The notes under the pieces: model-generated
Told to the model about the DNA's origin: nothing
The model's input: only the letters and a program-made list of their open reading frames with translations
The model's database searches: none
Part shown: piece by piece, positions 28,839-38,189 of the stretch
Numbering within the stretch: the stretch's first letter is position 1
Layout of the letters: each line of letters starts with the position of its first letter
Made by a program: the position numbers and the translations under genes
NCBI GenBank assembly: GCA_965248435.1
Contig: OZ252100.1
Span: forward strand, 96,001-160,000
Direction of reading: 5' to 3'
Source of the DNA: Candidatus Latescibacterota bacterium
GTDB lineage: Bacteria > Latescibacterota > UBA2968 > GCA-2709665
Length of the DNA stretch: 64,000 bases

Positions 28839-29753
28839 ATGGACAGGCGTGAACGTGAAGTCATCCTCGGAGCGATCGTTTTCGTCGCGATCGTGATCGT
28901 GGTGGTGGGGTCGATGTGGCTGTCTGAGCGATTTGCGGGAGCAGCAGGAGGATACCGCCTCGTTGCCACATTCGACTCCGTGTTAGGACTCCATCGGGGT
29001 GCTGAGGTAACCATTCGGGGCGTCAACGTGGGCAAGGTCCTAGAGATCGGCATAGATGGGGGCCGGCCGCAAGTTGTGATCGGCTTCTATAGTATAAGGA
29101 GCTTGCCGAAAGATTCGAAAGTGCTGATGAAGGGGGAGGGCGTGCTTGGAGAACAAAGTATCGAAGTCCAGGCCGGGAGCAGCAGCGAGGTTTTCGCTGA
29201 CGGAGATCGTGTAAGAGGTGCTGCCACAAAGGGGCTGGAGGATATCACGATCCAGGCTGCAGCTATGGCAGATGACCTGAAGCGTGCTGTGGATAAGGTC
29301 GTCAATGAAAAGAATCTCTCTCACATTGAGAATGTTCTGAGTCAAATGGATAGCGCGGCTCTGAGTCTTAAAACGACGCTCGAGGAAAATCGAGAGAGCA
29401 TTTCCCGGGCGATCGATAGCATGGCCCTGGCTTCGGGTCAGGCAAGAGGGATTCTGTCTGACAATCGGGAGGGGATGCAGCAATCGGTTGAAAATCTGCG
29501 TAAGGCCACCGAGAAACTTGCCGTGATGTCTGAAAATCTTCAGGGCGCCTCTGAATCCATGGGAGAGATGTTTGACAATCTGAATGTGGTCACGAAGAAA
29601 CTTCGTGATGGAAAAGGCACTCTGGGGCGACTTCTCCAAGAGGACAGCGTGTATGAAGAGTTGGAGGGAACGTTAGTCTCTGTAGACAGCCTCATCGAGA
29701 ATATAAAGAGGGATCCATCCAAGTACCTTAACTTCCAGTTCAGCATCTTCTGA
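28839..29753 (+). CDS. mlaD: MlaD/MCE protein
   Basis: N-terminal TM, GL..GAEV..RGVNVGKV, helical tail GKGTLGRLL. Confidence 0.9.
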   Translation: MDRREREVILGAIVFVAIVIVVVGSMWLSERFAGAAGGYRLVATFDSVLGLHRGAEVTIRGVNVGKVLEIGIDGGRPQVVIGFYSIRSLPKDSKVLMKGEGVLGEQSIEVQAGSSSEVFADGDRVRGAATKGLEDITIQAAAMADDLKRAVDKVVNEKNLSHIENVLSQMDSAALSLKTTLEENRESISRAIDSMALASGQARGILSDNREGMQQSVENLRKATEKLAVMSENLQGASESMGEMFDNLNVVTKKLRDGKGTLGRLLQEDSVYEELEGTLVSVDSLIENIKRDPSKYLNFQFSIF

Positions 29754-29767
29754 GCTCAGGACCTTCC

Positions 29768-30664
29768 ATGAAAATGACAAAGAGCATTTTCCCTATTCTG
29801 ATTTCCTTTGCGTGGGCTTATTCCGCCCAGGCCGGGGACCTGGGCTGGCACAAGTGGACGCAGGATGAAACGATTCAATTCGGCGGATTCGTCTACGAGA
29901 TGAACGCCATCAAAGTCATCGATTCCGGCGATGGGGCTGACAGGCGCGTCGTTTACGGGGACCGATTCGGGAGCATCCGCGTGCTTCGCCTCAAAGATGA
30001 GCGCCTCAACGAAGAATGGGTCAGTGATCCGCTCAGATCGGCTATCATGCAAATTTTCGTGGAAGACATCGATGGAGATGGAAAGCTAGAGATCGTGGCC
30101 TATACAGAGGTTGGAGACATTGCGATATACAAAGCCGATGACTACAAAGTCGTATGGAGTCTCGAACAGGACGAATATGAGAGCATCTCCGCCATGCTGG
30201 TCGAGAATGTTGATGATGATCCACAGTTGGAGCTCGTTTTCTCGGCTGGCAAGCTTGCTGACGCAGAAAATTTCCGACCCGGTCCATCCGGGAATCAGGA
30301 GGAATTGGACCGCGAGCGCGAGATCGCGATCGCGCGACTGTTCATTTTTGATTGCCTGAATCTATTCGTCGAATGGGAGAGTGAGCTAGGTCTGTTTGCT
30401 GAGAGGATGGTCGTGGGGGACCTCGACGCAGACGGAAATCTCGAAGTCGCGCTGAACACTGGTTTCGTAGTGGATCTTAACTACCGCACCGTAGAGTGGA
30501 TCTATCCTGAAGGGTTTGGTCTGGAGATCGGCTATGCGGATGTGGATGCAGACGGTATTCCAGAGTTGATTGGTGAATTCCAGAGTCCCACACCCCCAAG
30601 ACGCTTCCTCAGATTCTTTGACGTGGACCTGCAGGCTGAGAATTTTCTTTTCTCGAGAAGATAG
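29768..30664 (+). CDS. Secreted FG-GAP/VCBS-like repeat protein
   Basis: Signal peptide; repeats DIDGDGKLEIV, NVDDDPQLELV, DLDADGNLEV, DVDADGIPELI. Confidence 0.75.
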   Translation: MKMTKSIFPILISFAWAYSAQAGDLGWHKWTQDETIQFGGFVYEMNAIKVIDSGDGADRRVVYGDRFGSIRVLRLKDERLNEEWVSDPLRSAIMQIFVEDIDGDGKLEIVAYTEVGDIAIYKADDYKVVWSLEQDEYESISAMLVENVDDDPQLELVFSAGKLADAENFRPGPSGNQEELDREREIAIARLFIFDCLNLFVEWESELGLFAERMVVGDLDADGNLEVALNTGFVVDLNYRTVEWIYPEGFGLEIGYADVDADGIPELIGEFQSPTPPRRFLRFFDVDLQAENFLFSRR

Positions 30665-30670
30665 ACGCCC

Positions 30671-31906
30671 ATGGAACCTCCTCTTGGAGGAAATGGACCC
30701 ATAACTGAAGTGCAGGGTACGGATCGCTTCTTTTTCAGAGTGATCATCCTCGCCTTCATGGCCGTCTTTCTCTATATCCTGAAGGACGAACTGTCACCCT
30801 TGCTGATTGGGGTGACTCTGCTTTTCCTGCTCTTCCTCACGCGCAGGGGCGTAAATTTTGAGCAGGGCGTGGGAATCGTCGTCGGCCTGTTGTTTACCGC
30901 GTGGTTTCTATCCGAAGTTTCTGGGCTGCTCTGGCCTTTTATCATCTCATTTGTGATTGCCTACTTGCTTGCGCCTCTCGTTCACCTGATGGAGAGGCGG
31001 ATCTCTCGGACATTGTCACTCTGTCTCATCGTATTGCTTGTTCTTGGTGGGTTATCTGGTATTGGGGTCATCATTGTCCCGAGGGTAAGTGAAGAGGTTC
31101 GTGAGTTGGTCAACGATTTGCCGGCTTATGGAAGAGCGCTCGGTCGTCTTTATGATAGAGTCGTGTTGCTGATCCAGAACTACGGATTGGGTTTGTCTGT
31201 AGGAGAAATCCAACAATGGTTCATCGAGAAACTACCCGAAGTGGGCAAACTCTTTGCTGATAAGACGACCGAGGCGCTCCGGGGTCTAACATCGGGCATC
31301 GCTGCGCTGCTGAACCTGCTTATGATACCCTTTGTGACCTTTTATGTTTTGAAGGATTATGAAAAGATCAAGGCCGCCTTAAGGGGTGTGCTGCCGAGGC
31401 AGCATTCCGGACAGATCGTTACGGTGATCAACGGTGTGGATGCTGTCCTCGGACAGTATGTGCGAGGACAGATACTCGTCTGTAGTTTTATCGCACTATT
31501 GACGTGTACTGGTCTGGCCGTCTCTGGTATTCGGTATGCGGTGATACTTGGGCTCATGGCGGGCGTGATGAATTTGGTGCCCTACGTCGGGTTGGCCGTT
31601 TCGTTGGGCGTAGCCTCGGTGGTTGCCATGCTGGGTCATGATCCACTCACGGACCTCTTAAAGGTTGTCGCGGTCTTTGTCGTGGTTCAGAGCATTGAGG
31701 GGAATTTTTTGTCACCCAGAGTAGTTGGGAGGCGAGTGGGCTTGCATCCGGCGTGGGTCATGTTCGCGCTCGTCGTCTCGGCCCACTTCTGGGGCTTCAT
31801 CGGCATGTTGATCGCAATCCCCGTCGCGGCTGTCATTAATATCCTCGTAAGCGTGGCGGCAGGTTTTTACTACAGCTCAAAATATTATGGGAGTGCGGCA
31901 GACTGA
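30671..31906 (+). CDS. AI-2E family transporter
   Basis: IAYLLAPLV, YVRGQ, NLVPYVG, QSIEGNFLSP, GLHP. Confidence 0.92.
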   Translation: MEPPLGGNGPITEVQGTDRFFFRVIILAFMAVFLYILKDELSPLLIGVTLLFLLFLTRRGVNFEQGVGIVVGLLFTAWFLSEVSGLLWPFIISFVIAYLLAPLVHLMERRISRTLSLCLIVLLVLGGLSGIGVIIVPRVSEEVRELVNDLPAYGRALGRLYDRVVLLIQNYGLGLSVGEIQQWFIEKLPEVGKLFADKTTEALRGLTSGIAALLNLLMIPFVTFYVLKDYEKIKAALRGVLPRQHSGQIVTVINGVDAVLGQYVRGQILVCSFIALLTCTGLAVSGIRYAVILGLMAGVMNLVPYVGLAVSLGVASVVAMLGHDPLTDLLKVVAVFVVVQSIEGNFLSPRVVGRRVGLHPAWVMFALVVSAHFWGFIGMLIAIPVAAVINILVSVAAGFYYSSKYYGSAAD

Positions 31907-31968
31907 CCGGCATGCGTGTAACCTTTTGACAATGAATAGATAACACGTTCGAAACATGGATTGTCTAT

Positions 31969-31997
31969 TTGACATTCTTTGGCCATAGGCCTATAAT
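31969..31997 (+). promoter_or_regulatory. Perfect-consensus sigma70 promoter
   Basis: TTGACA-N17-TATAAT. Confidence 0.85.
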
Positions 31998-32069
31998 TAG
32001 TACCTACGTTTCGAGTAGTTGCACGCGCGTGAACTCCCTTCTCCCTCATCCATGCGATGGAGGTCCAGC

Positions 32070-32354
32070 GTGGTTTTTTGGGTAATCACTACACTCGTAA
32101 TCGTCGTGGTCGTGAAGTATTATACGGCGAACGAAATGCGAAAGTTGGAGCAGAGATTAGGGATCGTGAAGGACGATCTTCATTCGGCGAAGGGACGACT
32201 TCACGAGGTTGAGAAAAAACAGGACACCATAAAGACCGAGGAAACCGACTTTGAGGACCGTGTTCGGCGGATCAAGGAAGTGATCGAAGATATACAGATG
32301 CGTATGTCTGCAAAGGAAGAGGCACCCGAACCCGAAGATGTGGGTGCAGCTTGA
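32070..32354 (+). CDS. Small TM + coiled-coil protein (paralog A)
   Basis: GGAGG RBS, GTG start; VKYYTA...LEQRL...RVRRIKEVIEDI. Confidence 0.75.
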   Translation: MVFWVITTLVIVVVVKYYTANEMRKLEQRLGIVKDDLHSAKGRLHEVEKKQDTIKTEETDFEDRVRRIKEVIEDIQMRMSAKEEAPEPEDVGAA

Positions 32355-32437
32355 AACGCGAAGCCTGTTCAACATTCTGAACGTTCCCTAGAGTTGCGCG
32401 TCGACTGGCGCGGTGCCTCCCTAAAAAGGCGTGGATC

Positions 32438-32740
32438 ATGATTTGGGCTGCCATTGCCCTTTTCGGTGTGATTGCCGTGAAATATTATACGGCGGTTGGG
32501 AGCCGAAACCTCGAGCAGCGGCTGAACAGGGTCAAGGGAGCATTGGTGAGTGCCAGGCGAAAGTTGAAATCGACTCGGGAAGAGCAGTCTGATGTAGCAG
32601 AGGATACAGATGAGATGGAGGAACGAATCAGGCGCATGAGGGAGATTATCGATGACCTCGGAACGCGCATAAAGGGAAAGGAGAAAAAGGAGGAACCGGT
32701 CAAAAAGCGCGAAAGGCCACCCATGCTGATGCAATACTGA
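32438..32740 (+). CDS. Small TM + coiled-coil protein (paralog B)
   Basis: VKYYTA...LEQRL...RIRRMREIIDDL; aligns with paralog A. Confidence 0.75.
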   Translation: MIWAAIALFGVIAVKYYTAVGSRNLEQRLNRVKGALVSARRKLKSTREEQSDVAEDTDEMEERIRRMREIIDDLGTRIKGKEKKEEPVKKRERPPMLMQY

Positions 32741-32909
32741 GACTCCATTGCGGCGGAGGTCTTACCGGGCCAGCAGAGATATTGATTCTGCTGGCTTTTC
32801 TGTGTCCTCGAAACAGATTCCGATGGCGTTTATCCGACCATCGTGCCGCCTGCCTTGACGACTCAGAGCAAAATGATTAGATTGATTCCTGCTAATTAGG
32901 GTTGGTGGC

Positions 32910-32986
32910 CGGGGCGTGGCGCAGTCAGGTAGCGCACTTTCTTGGGGTGGAAGTGGTCGCTGGTTCAAATCCAGTCGCCCCGACCA
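32910..32986 (+). tRNA. tRNA-Pro(GGG)
   Basis: CGGGGCG/CGCCCCG acceptor, CTTTC-TTGGGGT-GGAAG anticodon arm, GTTCAAATC, CCA; promoter TTGACG-N17-TAGATT at 32855-32883. Confidence 0.96.
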
Positions 32987-32991
32987 TAAAT

Positions 32992-33029
32992 AACAAAGGG
33001 TTACGGACTATCCGTAACCCTTGTTTTTG
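32992..33029 (+). terminator. Terminator / att-end hairpin after tRNA-Pro(GGG)
   Basis: AAGGGTTACGGA-CTA-TCCGTAACCCTT then GTTTTT. Confidence 0.75.
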
Positions 33030-33174
33030 TTCACGTGTCTAAACGTGTCTAATCGGGTGTGCTAATTCTCTTTTCCGGTTACGAAATTCTAAACCTGCCA
33101 CATGAACAACGCCCTCACCCATTAACACCAATGCCACCAATTTCCCCGCCATTCACATCTCGCCGCTACGTCTA

Positions 33175-34611
33175 TCACCCCAGCATTTCAGTTCCTTCCC
33201 ATCCATCAGGCAGTCCCGCTTTTTGGAATTCTCCGCAACGAGCACTGTATAGCTTCGCTACCGGGTCATTACCGTTGACCTTCAAGACATTATCAAAAAG
33301 CCTTTGCGCTTCCACGAATTCCCGATTTCTGTAAAGTGCAAGTGCCCGATCAAAGTTCGGCAGGGTCTGTATTTTCAATTCGACGATTTCCGGTTGATCG
33401 CCATCAAACACCTCGTAGACCCTTACCGCCTCGGATTTGCCTTTCACCTTGACCTGCCCGATCATTCTCGAATCAAACGGCGAGGGATCCGGCAGACGGT
33501 CAAAGGTTCGCTCGCTTATCAGAAGTGAGGTCCCATACATCTTGGTCAGGTTTTCCATGCGGGAGGCCAGGTTCACAGCATCTGAGATCACTGTTCCGTC
33601 CATACGGGTTTCTCCACCTACGGTACCCAGCATCAGGTCTCCTGAATTCAGGCCGATGCCGATGCGAACGGGGGGATAGCCTACCTTCCCACGGTGTGTG
33701 TTGTATTCTACAAGCGCAATCAACATCTCAATGCCAGCACGAACAGCGTCTTCGGCGCCCGTTGGAAAAAGCGCCATGATAGCATCGCCAACGAATTTAT
33801 CTACAAACCCGCGATACTTTCTAATGTGAGGCTCCATTCGGCTAAGATATGAGTTCGTGAACTTGAAATTCTCTTCTGGGGTCATTTTTTCTGAGAGCGC
33901 CGTAAAATCACGGACGTCTGAGAACAGAACCGTCATCTCCTTTTGCACCTGGTCCCCAAGCCTGACGTCGGCAATGCTTTCCTTCTCCAAAAAGCTTAGA
34001 AATTCGTGAGGTACAAAACGCTCGAAAGCACCCACAAGACTTTCTAACTGTTCTTTCTGGGATTCGATCGTCAGAAGATCGTGATAGGATCTCAACGCAA
34101 CAATCATGGAGTTGAACAGCTTTTGAGCTGTCAGCTCCGTCTTTGTTTTGTAGTCGTTGATGTCATAATCCAGAATGACCTTGTCCTCCGGTGCCTGTCC
34201 GGGTTGTCCGGTCCGAAGAATTATCCGAATTAACGGATTCTCCAGATCATTCCGGAGGAATTTTACAAACTTGAGCCCCGAATCTTCCTCTTCCATCACC
34301 ACATCCAGCAAGACAACGGCGGCATCTGGGTGATGTTTGATCAGCTCCATCGCCTCATCTACAGAATAAGCACTGATGAACAACAATGGCTTACTCTGGA
34401 ACGAGAATTCGCCGAGGGCGAGTTTAGTCACATCGTGGACTTCGTCATCGTCATCCACAATCAGGACCTTCCAGGGCTCCATTTGGCATTCTGGTAGTTG
34501 CAAATCCTTGTCATCCGCAAATACCAGCTCATCGTCATCTCCTTCAGAAAACCGCGACACGTCATCGGGCGAGTTTGGGCTGCCCTCATCTTTGGGCACG
34601 TTCATAGACAT
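33175..34611 (-). CDS. Response regulator - class III adenylate/guanylate cyclase
   Basis: VLIVDDD, LLDVVME, LRTGQPG; VLFSDVRDFT, DKFVGDAIMA, DAVNLASR; start ATG 34611. Confidence 0.92.
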   Translation of the reverse strand: MSMNVPKDEGSPNSPDDVSRFSEGDDDELVFADDKDLQLPECQMEPWKVLIVDDDDEVHDVTKLALGEFSFQSKPLLFISAYSVDEAMELIKHHPDAAVVLLDVVMEEEDSGLKFVKFLRNDLENPLIRIILRTGQPGQAPEDKVILDYDINDYKTKTELTAQKLFNSMIVALRSYHDLLTIESQKEQLESLVGAFERFVPHEFLSFLEKESIADVRLGDQVQKEMTVLFSDVRDFTALSEKMTPEENFKFTNSYLSRMEPHIRKYRGFVDKFVGDAIMALFPTGAEDAVRAGIEMLIALVEYNTHRGKVGYPPVRIGIGLNSGDLMLGTVGGETRMDGTVISDAVNLASRMENLTKMYGTSLLISERTFDRLPDPSPFDSRMIGQVKVKGKSEAVRVYEVFDGDQPEIVELKIQTLPNFDRALALYRNREFVEAQRLFDNVLKVNGNDPVAKLYSARCGEFQKAGLPDGWEGTEMLG

Positions 34612-34612
34612 C

Positions 34613-36151
34613 TTATTTCCTGACCTCCGAGAAAGGCAACTCGATCGTGAAGGTAGTTCCAACACCGATCTGGCTTTCAAGTGCAATCGTTCCATTCAAT
34701 CTCTGAGTCACCAGATTGTAGACAATATGCATCCCCAGGCCACTCCCCCCCTGATTTCGTCTGGTGGAGAAAAATGGATCGAAAATCTTTGCCAAATGTT
34801 GTTCTGGGATTCCCTTCCCGTCATCGGCATACTTGAAGATGAGATGCGAGGGCTCCCGTACGAGGTCGAGGGTGATTAGGCCCACATCAGCTTTACCATA
34901 AGCGTGAATCATAGAATTCATCACGAGATTTGTGACAATCTGCGAAAAGGCTCCCGGGTAGGTATCCAGCGTGATGGACTCGTCGCATTCGACTCGGATC
35001 TCGTGATTCGTCTTTTTCAATTCCGGTTTGAGGTTAAGCAAGATTTCGTCCAGATATTCTTTAACCTTGAATTCGCGCCTCTCTTCACTTGATTGATCCA
35101 CCGCGACCTGTTTGAAACTCCCGATGATCTCGGCTGCCCGGTTGAGGTTGGACAGAATCAATTGGCTGGACTGGTCAACGGTGTCCAGAAACTTAGTCAA
35201 ATCCGATCGTTTCATCTTACCATCGCGGTAGAGATCCAGAAATTGCCGATTCTGGATGTCTAAGTGCGAGGCCGCCGTAACGCCGATTCCCACCGGTGTG
35301 TTGATTTCGTGGGCAATTCCGGCAACCAGCCCCCCCAAGGCAGCCATCTTTTCAGACTGGACAAGTTGCACCTGGGTCTCCTGCAAGGATTTATTGGTCT
35401 GTTCCAATTCGGTTAAGCTTTCCTGAAGCTGTTTTTGTAGTAGCTTGAGTTCGGTGATATCGTGGGCGTAAATGCGCACGAGATTGTTTTGTGCCATGTA
35501 TGTGGTTTTTTGCTGGTAGATGCAATCTTCAATCTCGAGCTCGCGCAGGGAAGAGTCTTCCTTCCTCTCCTCAAGCGTATGGATGATGGACTCCAGGCCT
35601 TCGAGTATGGGATGTTGGTGTCCGGCGGTACGCAGGTCGGGGAATCGCCCCTTGGCTGCAGGGTTAAGGTAGGTTACCTGGCCCTCGAGGTTAGTCTCAA
35701 TGACGGGATTGGGATTCTGCTCGGGGAAGGTCGCCAGGCGCGCCAGCGTCTCTTCTGCCCGCTTGAGTTCGGTGACATCGTGGGCGTAGATGCGCACGAG
35801 GTTGTTTTGTGCCATGTATGTGGTTTTTTGCTGGTAGATGTAATCTTCAATCTCCAGTTCGCGCAGGGAAGAGTCTTCCTTCCTTTCCTCAAGCGTATGG
35901 ATGATGGACTCCAGGCCTTCGAGTATGGGATGATGGAGTCCGGCGGTATGCAGGTCGGGGAATCGCTCCCTGGCTGCGGGGTTAAGGTAGGTCACCTGGC
36001 CTTCGAGGTTAGTCTCGATGACGGGATTTGGATTCTGCTCGGGGAAGGTGGCCAGGCGCGCCAGCCTCTCCTTGAGCCGCTCAAGCTCCGCTTCTCTCGT
36101 TTCCAATTCAGCCACCCGCTTGCGCAGTTCAGCTAATTCGCTCAATGTCAA
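34613..36151 (-). CDS. Cytoplasmic PAS-PAS histidine kinase
   Basis: Two near-identical PAS repeats; AGIAHEINTP, NLVMNS..H, DDGKG, FDPFF, GSGLG. Confidence 0.92.
   Translation of the reverse strand: MTLSELAELRKRVAELETREAELERLKERLARLATFPEQNPNPVIETNLEGQVTYLNPAARERFPDLHTAGLHHPILEGLESIIHTLEERKEDSSLRELEIEDYIYQQKTTYMAQNNLVRIYAHDVTELKRAEETLARLATFPEQNPNPVIETNLEGQVTYLNPAAKGRFPDLRTAGHQHPILEGLESIIHTLEERKEDSSLRELEIEDCIYQQKTTYMAQNNLVRIYAHDITELKLLQKQLQESLTELEQTNKSLQETQVQLVQSEKMAALGGLVAGIAHEINTPVGIGVTAASHLDIQNRQFLDLYRDGKMKRSDLTKFLDTVDQSSQLILSNLNRAAEIIGSFKQVAVDQSSEERREFKVKEYLDEILLNLKPELKKTNHEIRVECDESITLDTYPGAFSQIVTNLVMNSMIHAYGKADVGLITLDLVREPSHLIFKYADDGKGIPEQHLAKIFDPFFSTRRNQGGSGLGMHIVYNLVTQRLNGTIALESQIGVGTTFTIELPFSEVRK
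35443..36070. repeat. Intragenic tandem duplication with 318-bp period
   Basis: 35443-35752 matches 35761-36070 closely; e.g. GCTTGAGTTCGGTGA occurs at both 35443 and 35761. Confidence 0.93.
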
Positions 36152-36686
36152 CCCTCGTTTTGGGGCAGATTGGAGATACGTCTATAGTCACTAAATTGAG
36201 ATGTAGACCATGCCGGTCGCGCCTTCCGCTCCGAGAATTTCAGCTTTGGCGCAAGGTCACAGCATCGGAAGTTTCGTCATCAGCTTGCTGGAATAGCCCA
36301 ATTAAAGAGGTAGACATCCACTTTGCTTTCCGCCTGGGTCACCTCATTTCAAAATATCGGATGCGGAAATAGTAAGGGTGGACTATAACAAGCAATAATG
36401 TGTGCCATTAACCTGATGTCAACAAAAAACGACATTCCGGAGATTCACTTTGCAGTACTCTGTGTGAGTGCCTGTATTCAAGATCCCCAACTTACCGTCC
36501 TGGAACACGCCCGTGCGCGGCCCTAGAGCGGGTTACGGCAATTGCCGTGACCCGCTTTTACTTTCTGCGAAATACCGTGTGATGAAAGACAGGTTGGAGC
36601 GGTTGCGGTCTCGATGTTACATTTGAGAGCGGCAGATATCAGTCGCTAGACATAAAACGGCTCGTACTAGGGAAGCGGAGGAAATC

Positions 36687-37979
36687 GTGGATACGGCCGC
36701 AGTATTCATGCATTGGCGCGTTCTGACTGAAGAGCCTGAGCGGGTCCTGGATGACCTCGCACGATACACCGCGATCAACACATTGCTCCTCAGCAATGTC
36801 CTGATTCCGGACTTTCTGGATCCTAACCTGAAGTCAAGGCCGCTGCTTCCCAGCGCGGACGGGTTGGAAGGGCTGCCGATGACCGTCGCTCCAGAGGAGT
36901 TCGAAACCGTCGCCCGGTTTGCTGAGCTGGCCAAAACGAAGGGATTCGGGATCGTCTGTCACGTCATTCCCAGCATGGCCTTCACCCGGGACTTCGCGGA
37001 GATGGACGCCGTGACGGTGAAGGGAAGACGGTCCACCGATCTGGAGAAGACGGGCATGATCTGGGGCTGTCCGAACAACCCGATGACGATCCATAACGGA
37101 GAGGCGCTGGCACGACGGTCCGCTCAATCCTGGTCCTTCGCCGACATGCTGGAGCTGAATCACGTGGAGTATCGTTTGTGGCCGCGGGGAGGCGTGGATG
37201 AGCTGATGGTCTGCTTTTGCGATCACTGCAAGAAGAAGGCAGAGGATGCGGGGGTCGATTTCGAGGGGATGAAGCGGGAGGTGGCGTTGTTTTACGAAGA
37301 CCTCGCTTCGGGCCGGCTTCTTTCCGACACGAAGATCTCTGCGAAAGGCTTGGGCGATACCCTCAGGGCGAGACCGCTCTTGGCCGAGTGGAGCCGCTTC
37401 CGTATAGCGTCGATGTCCGATTTCATCCGGCGAGTTACGGCCGCGGCGCGGGCATCCGCAGAGGCCTCCAATCCCGACTTGAAGATCGGGTTGGACATCT
37501 TCCTTCCTTCGGCCGCGAACCTCGTGGGGACCGACTTCGCTTCGCTGTATCCCTTGTTCGACTGGGTCTCTCCCAAGTTTCCGGATTACGTTCCGGGCAC
37601 GATCCTGCCGTTCGTTTCCGAAGAATTGGCATCGAACAGTGGAGACGGGTCCTCCGCTGAGTTTCTGTCGATCCTCCGGCGCGTCCTGGACCTGGGTGAG
37701 GGGCCGGAGGAATACGAGCCTATCGAGCCGCCCGACGAGGATCTTCTCTATTCGAACACGTTCGATCCGAGCATCATCGAGAGACAATCCGCCCACATCA
37801 AAGAGCTGTTCGGAAAGGTGAAGATGTACCCGTGGATCTGGATCTACAACCGGGATCTAGAGCTGTTCAAGCGGAAGGTGGAGGCCGTGGAGGCGAGCGG
37901 GTTTGACGGCTATTTTATGTGGAACTGGGAAGTGGATCTGTCTTCGGAGCGGCTGAAGATGTCGGAGGGAATCTTCTAA
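36687..37979 (+). CDS. Hypothetical protein, possible glycoside-hydrolase-like TIM barrel
   Basis: GCPNNP, CFCDHC, W.RFR pattern; long ORF. Confidence 0.6.
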   Translation: MDTAAVFMHWRVLTEEPERVLDDLARYTAINTLLLSNVLIPDFLDPNLKSRPLLPSADGLEGLPMTVAPEEFETVARFAELAKTKGFGIVCHVIPSMAFTRDFAEMDAVTVKGRRSTDLEKTGMIWGCPNNPMTIHNGEALARRSAQSWSFADMLELNHVEYRLWPRGGVDELMVCFCDHCKKKAEDAGVDFEGMKREVALFYEDLASGRLLSDTKISAKGLGDTLRARPLLAEWSRFRIASMSDFIRRVTAAARASAEASNPDLKIGLDIFLPSAANLVGTDFASLYPLFDWVSPKFPDYVPGTILPFVSEELASNSGDGSSAEFLSILRRVLDLGEGPEEYEPIEPPDEDLLYSNTFDPSIIERQSAHIKELFGKVKMYPWIWIYNRDLELFKRKVEAVEASGFDGYFMWNWEVDLSSERLKMSEGIF

Positions 37980-37996
37980 CGGAGCCGCTTCATCAC

Positions 37997-38105
37997 ACCC
38001 ACCCCGCCCCTTCGGGGCACCCCTCCCGGGAGGGGATTGGTGACGTTTGTTGAGATACACCTTGAATACGAAGGTCCCCTCCTTGGAGGGGATTCAGGGG
38101 TGGGT
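37997..38105. repeat. REP/MITE-like inverted-repeat element
   Basis: Termini ACCCACCCC / GGGGTGGGT; internal hairpins CCCCTCC-NN-GGAGGGG twice; lies between convergent genes. Confidence 0.65.
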
Positions 38106-38189
38106 CCCAGTGGAACAATCAATAATCAAGTGTCAGGGACCCACGGCCAGGTGCCCCACTGCAGTACGCCCAGCATTGATGAAGAACCT

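Noticed and set aside
36391-36407. sigma54-like TGGCACACATTATTGCT upstream of the PAS kinase (minus strand)
   Set aside because: GG-to-GC spacing is 11, not the required 10.
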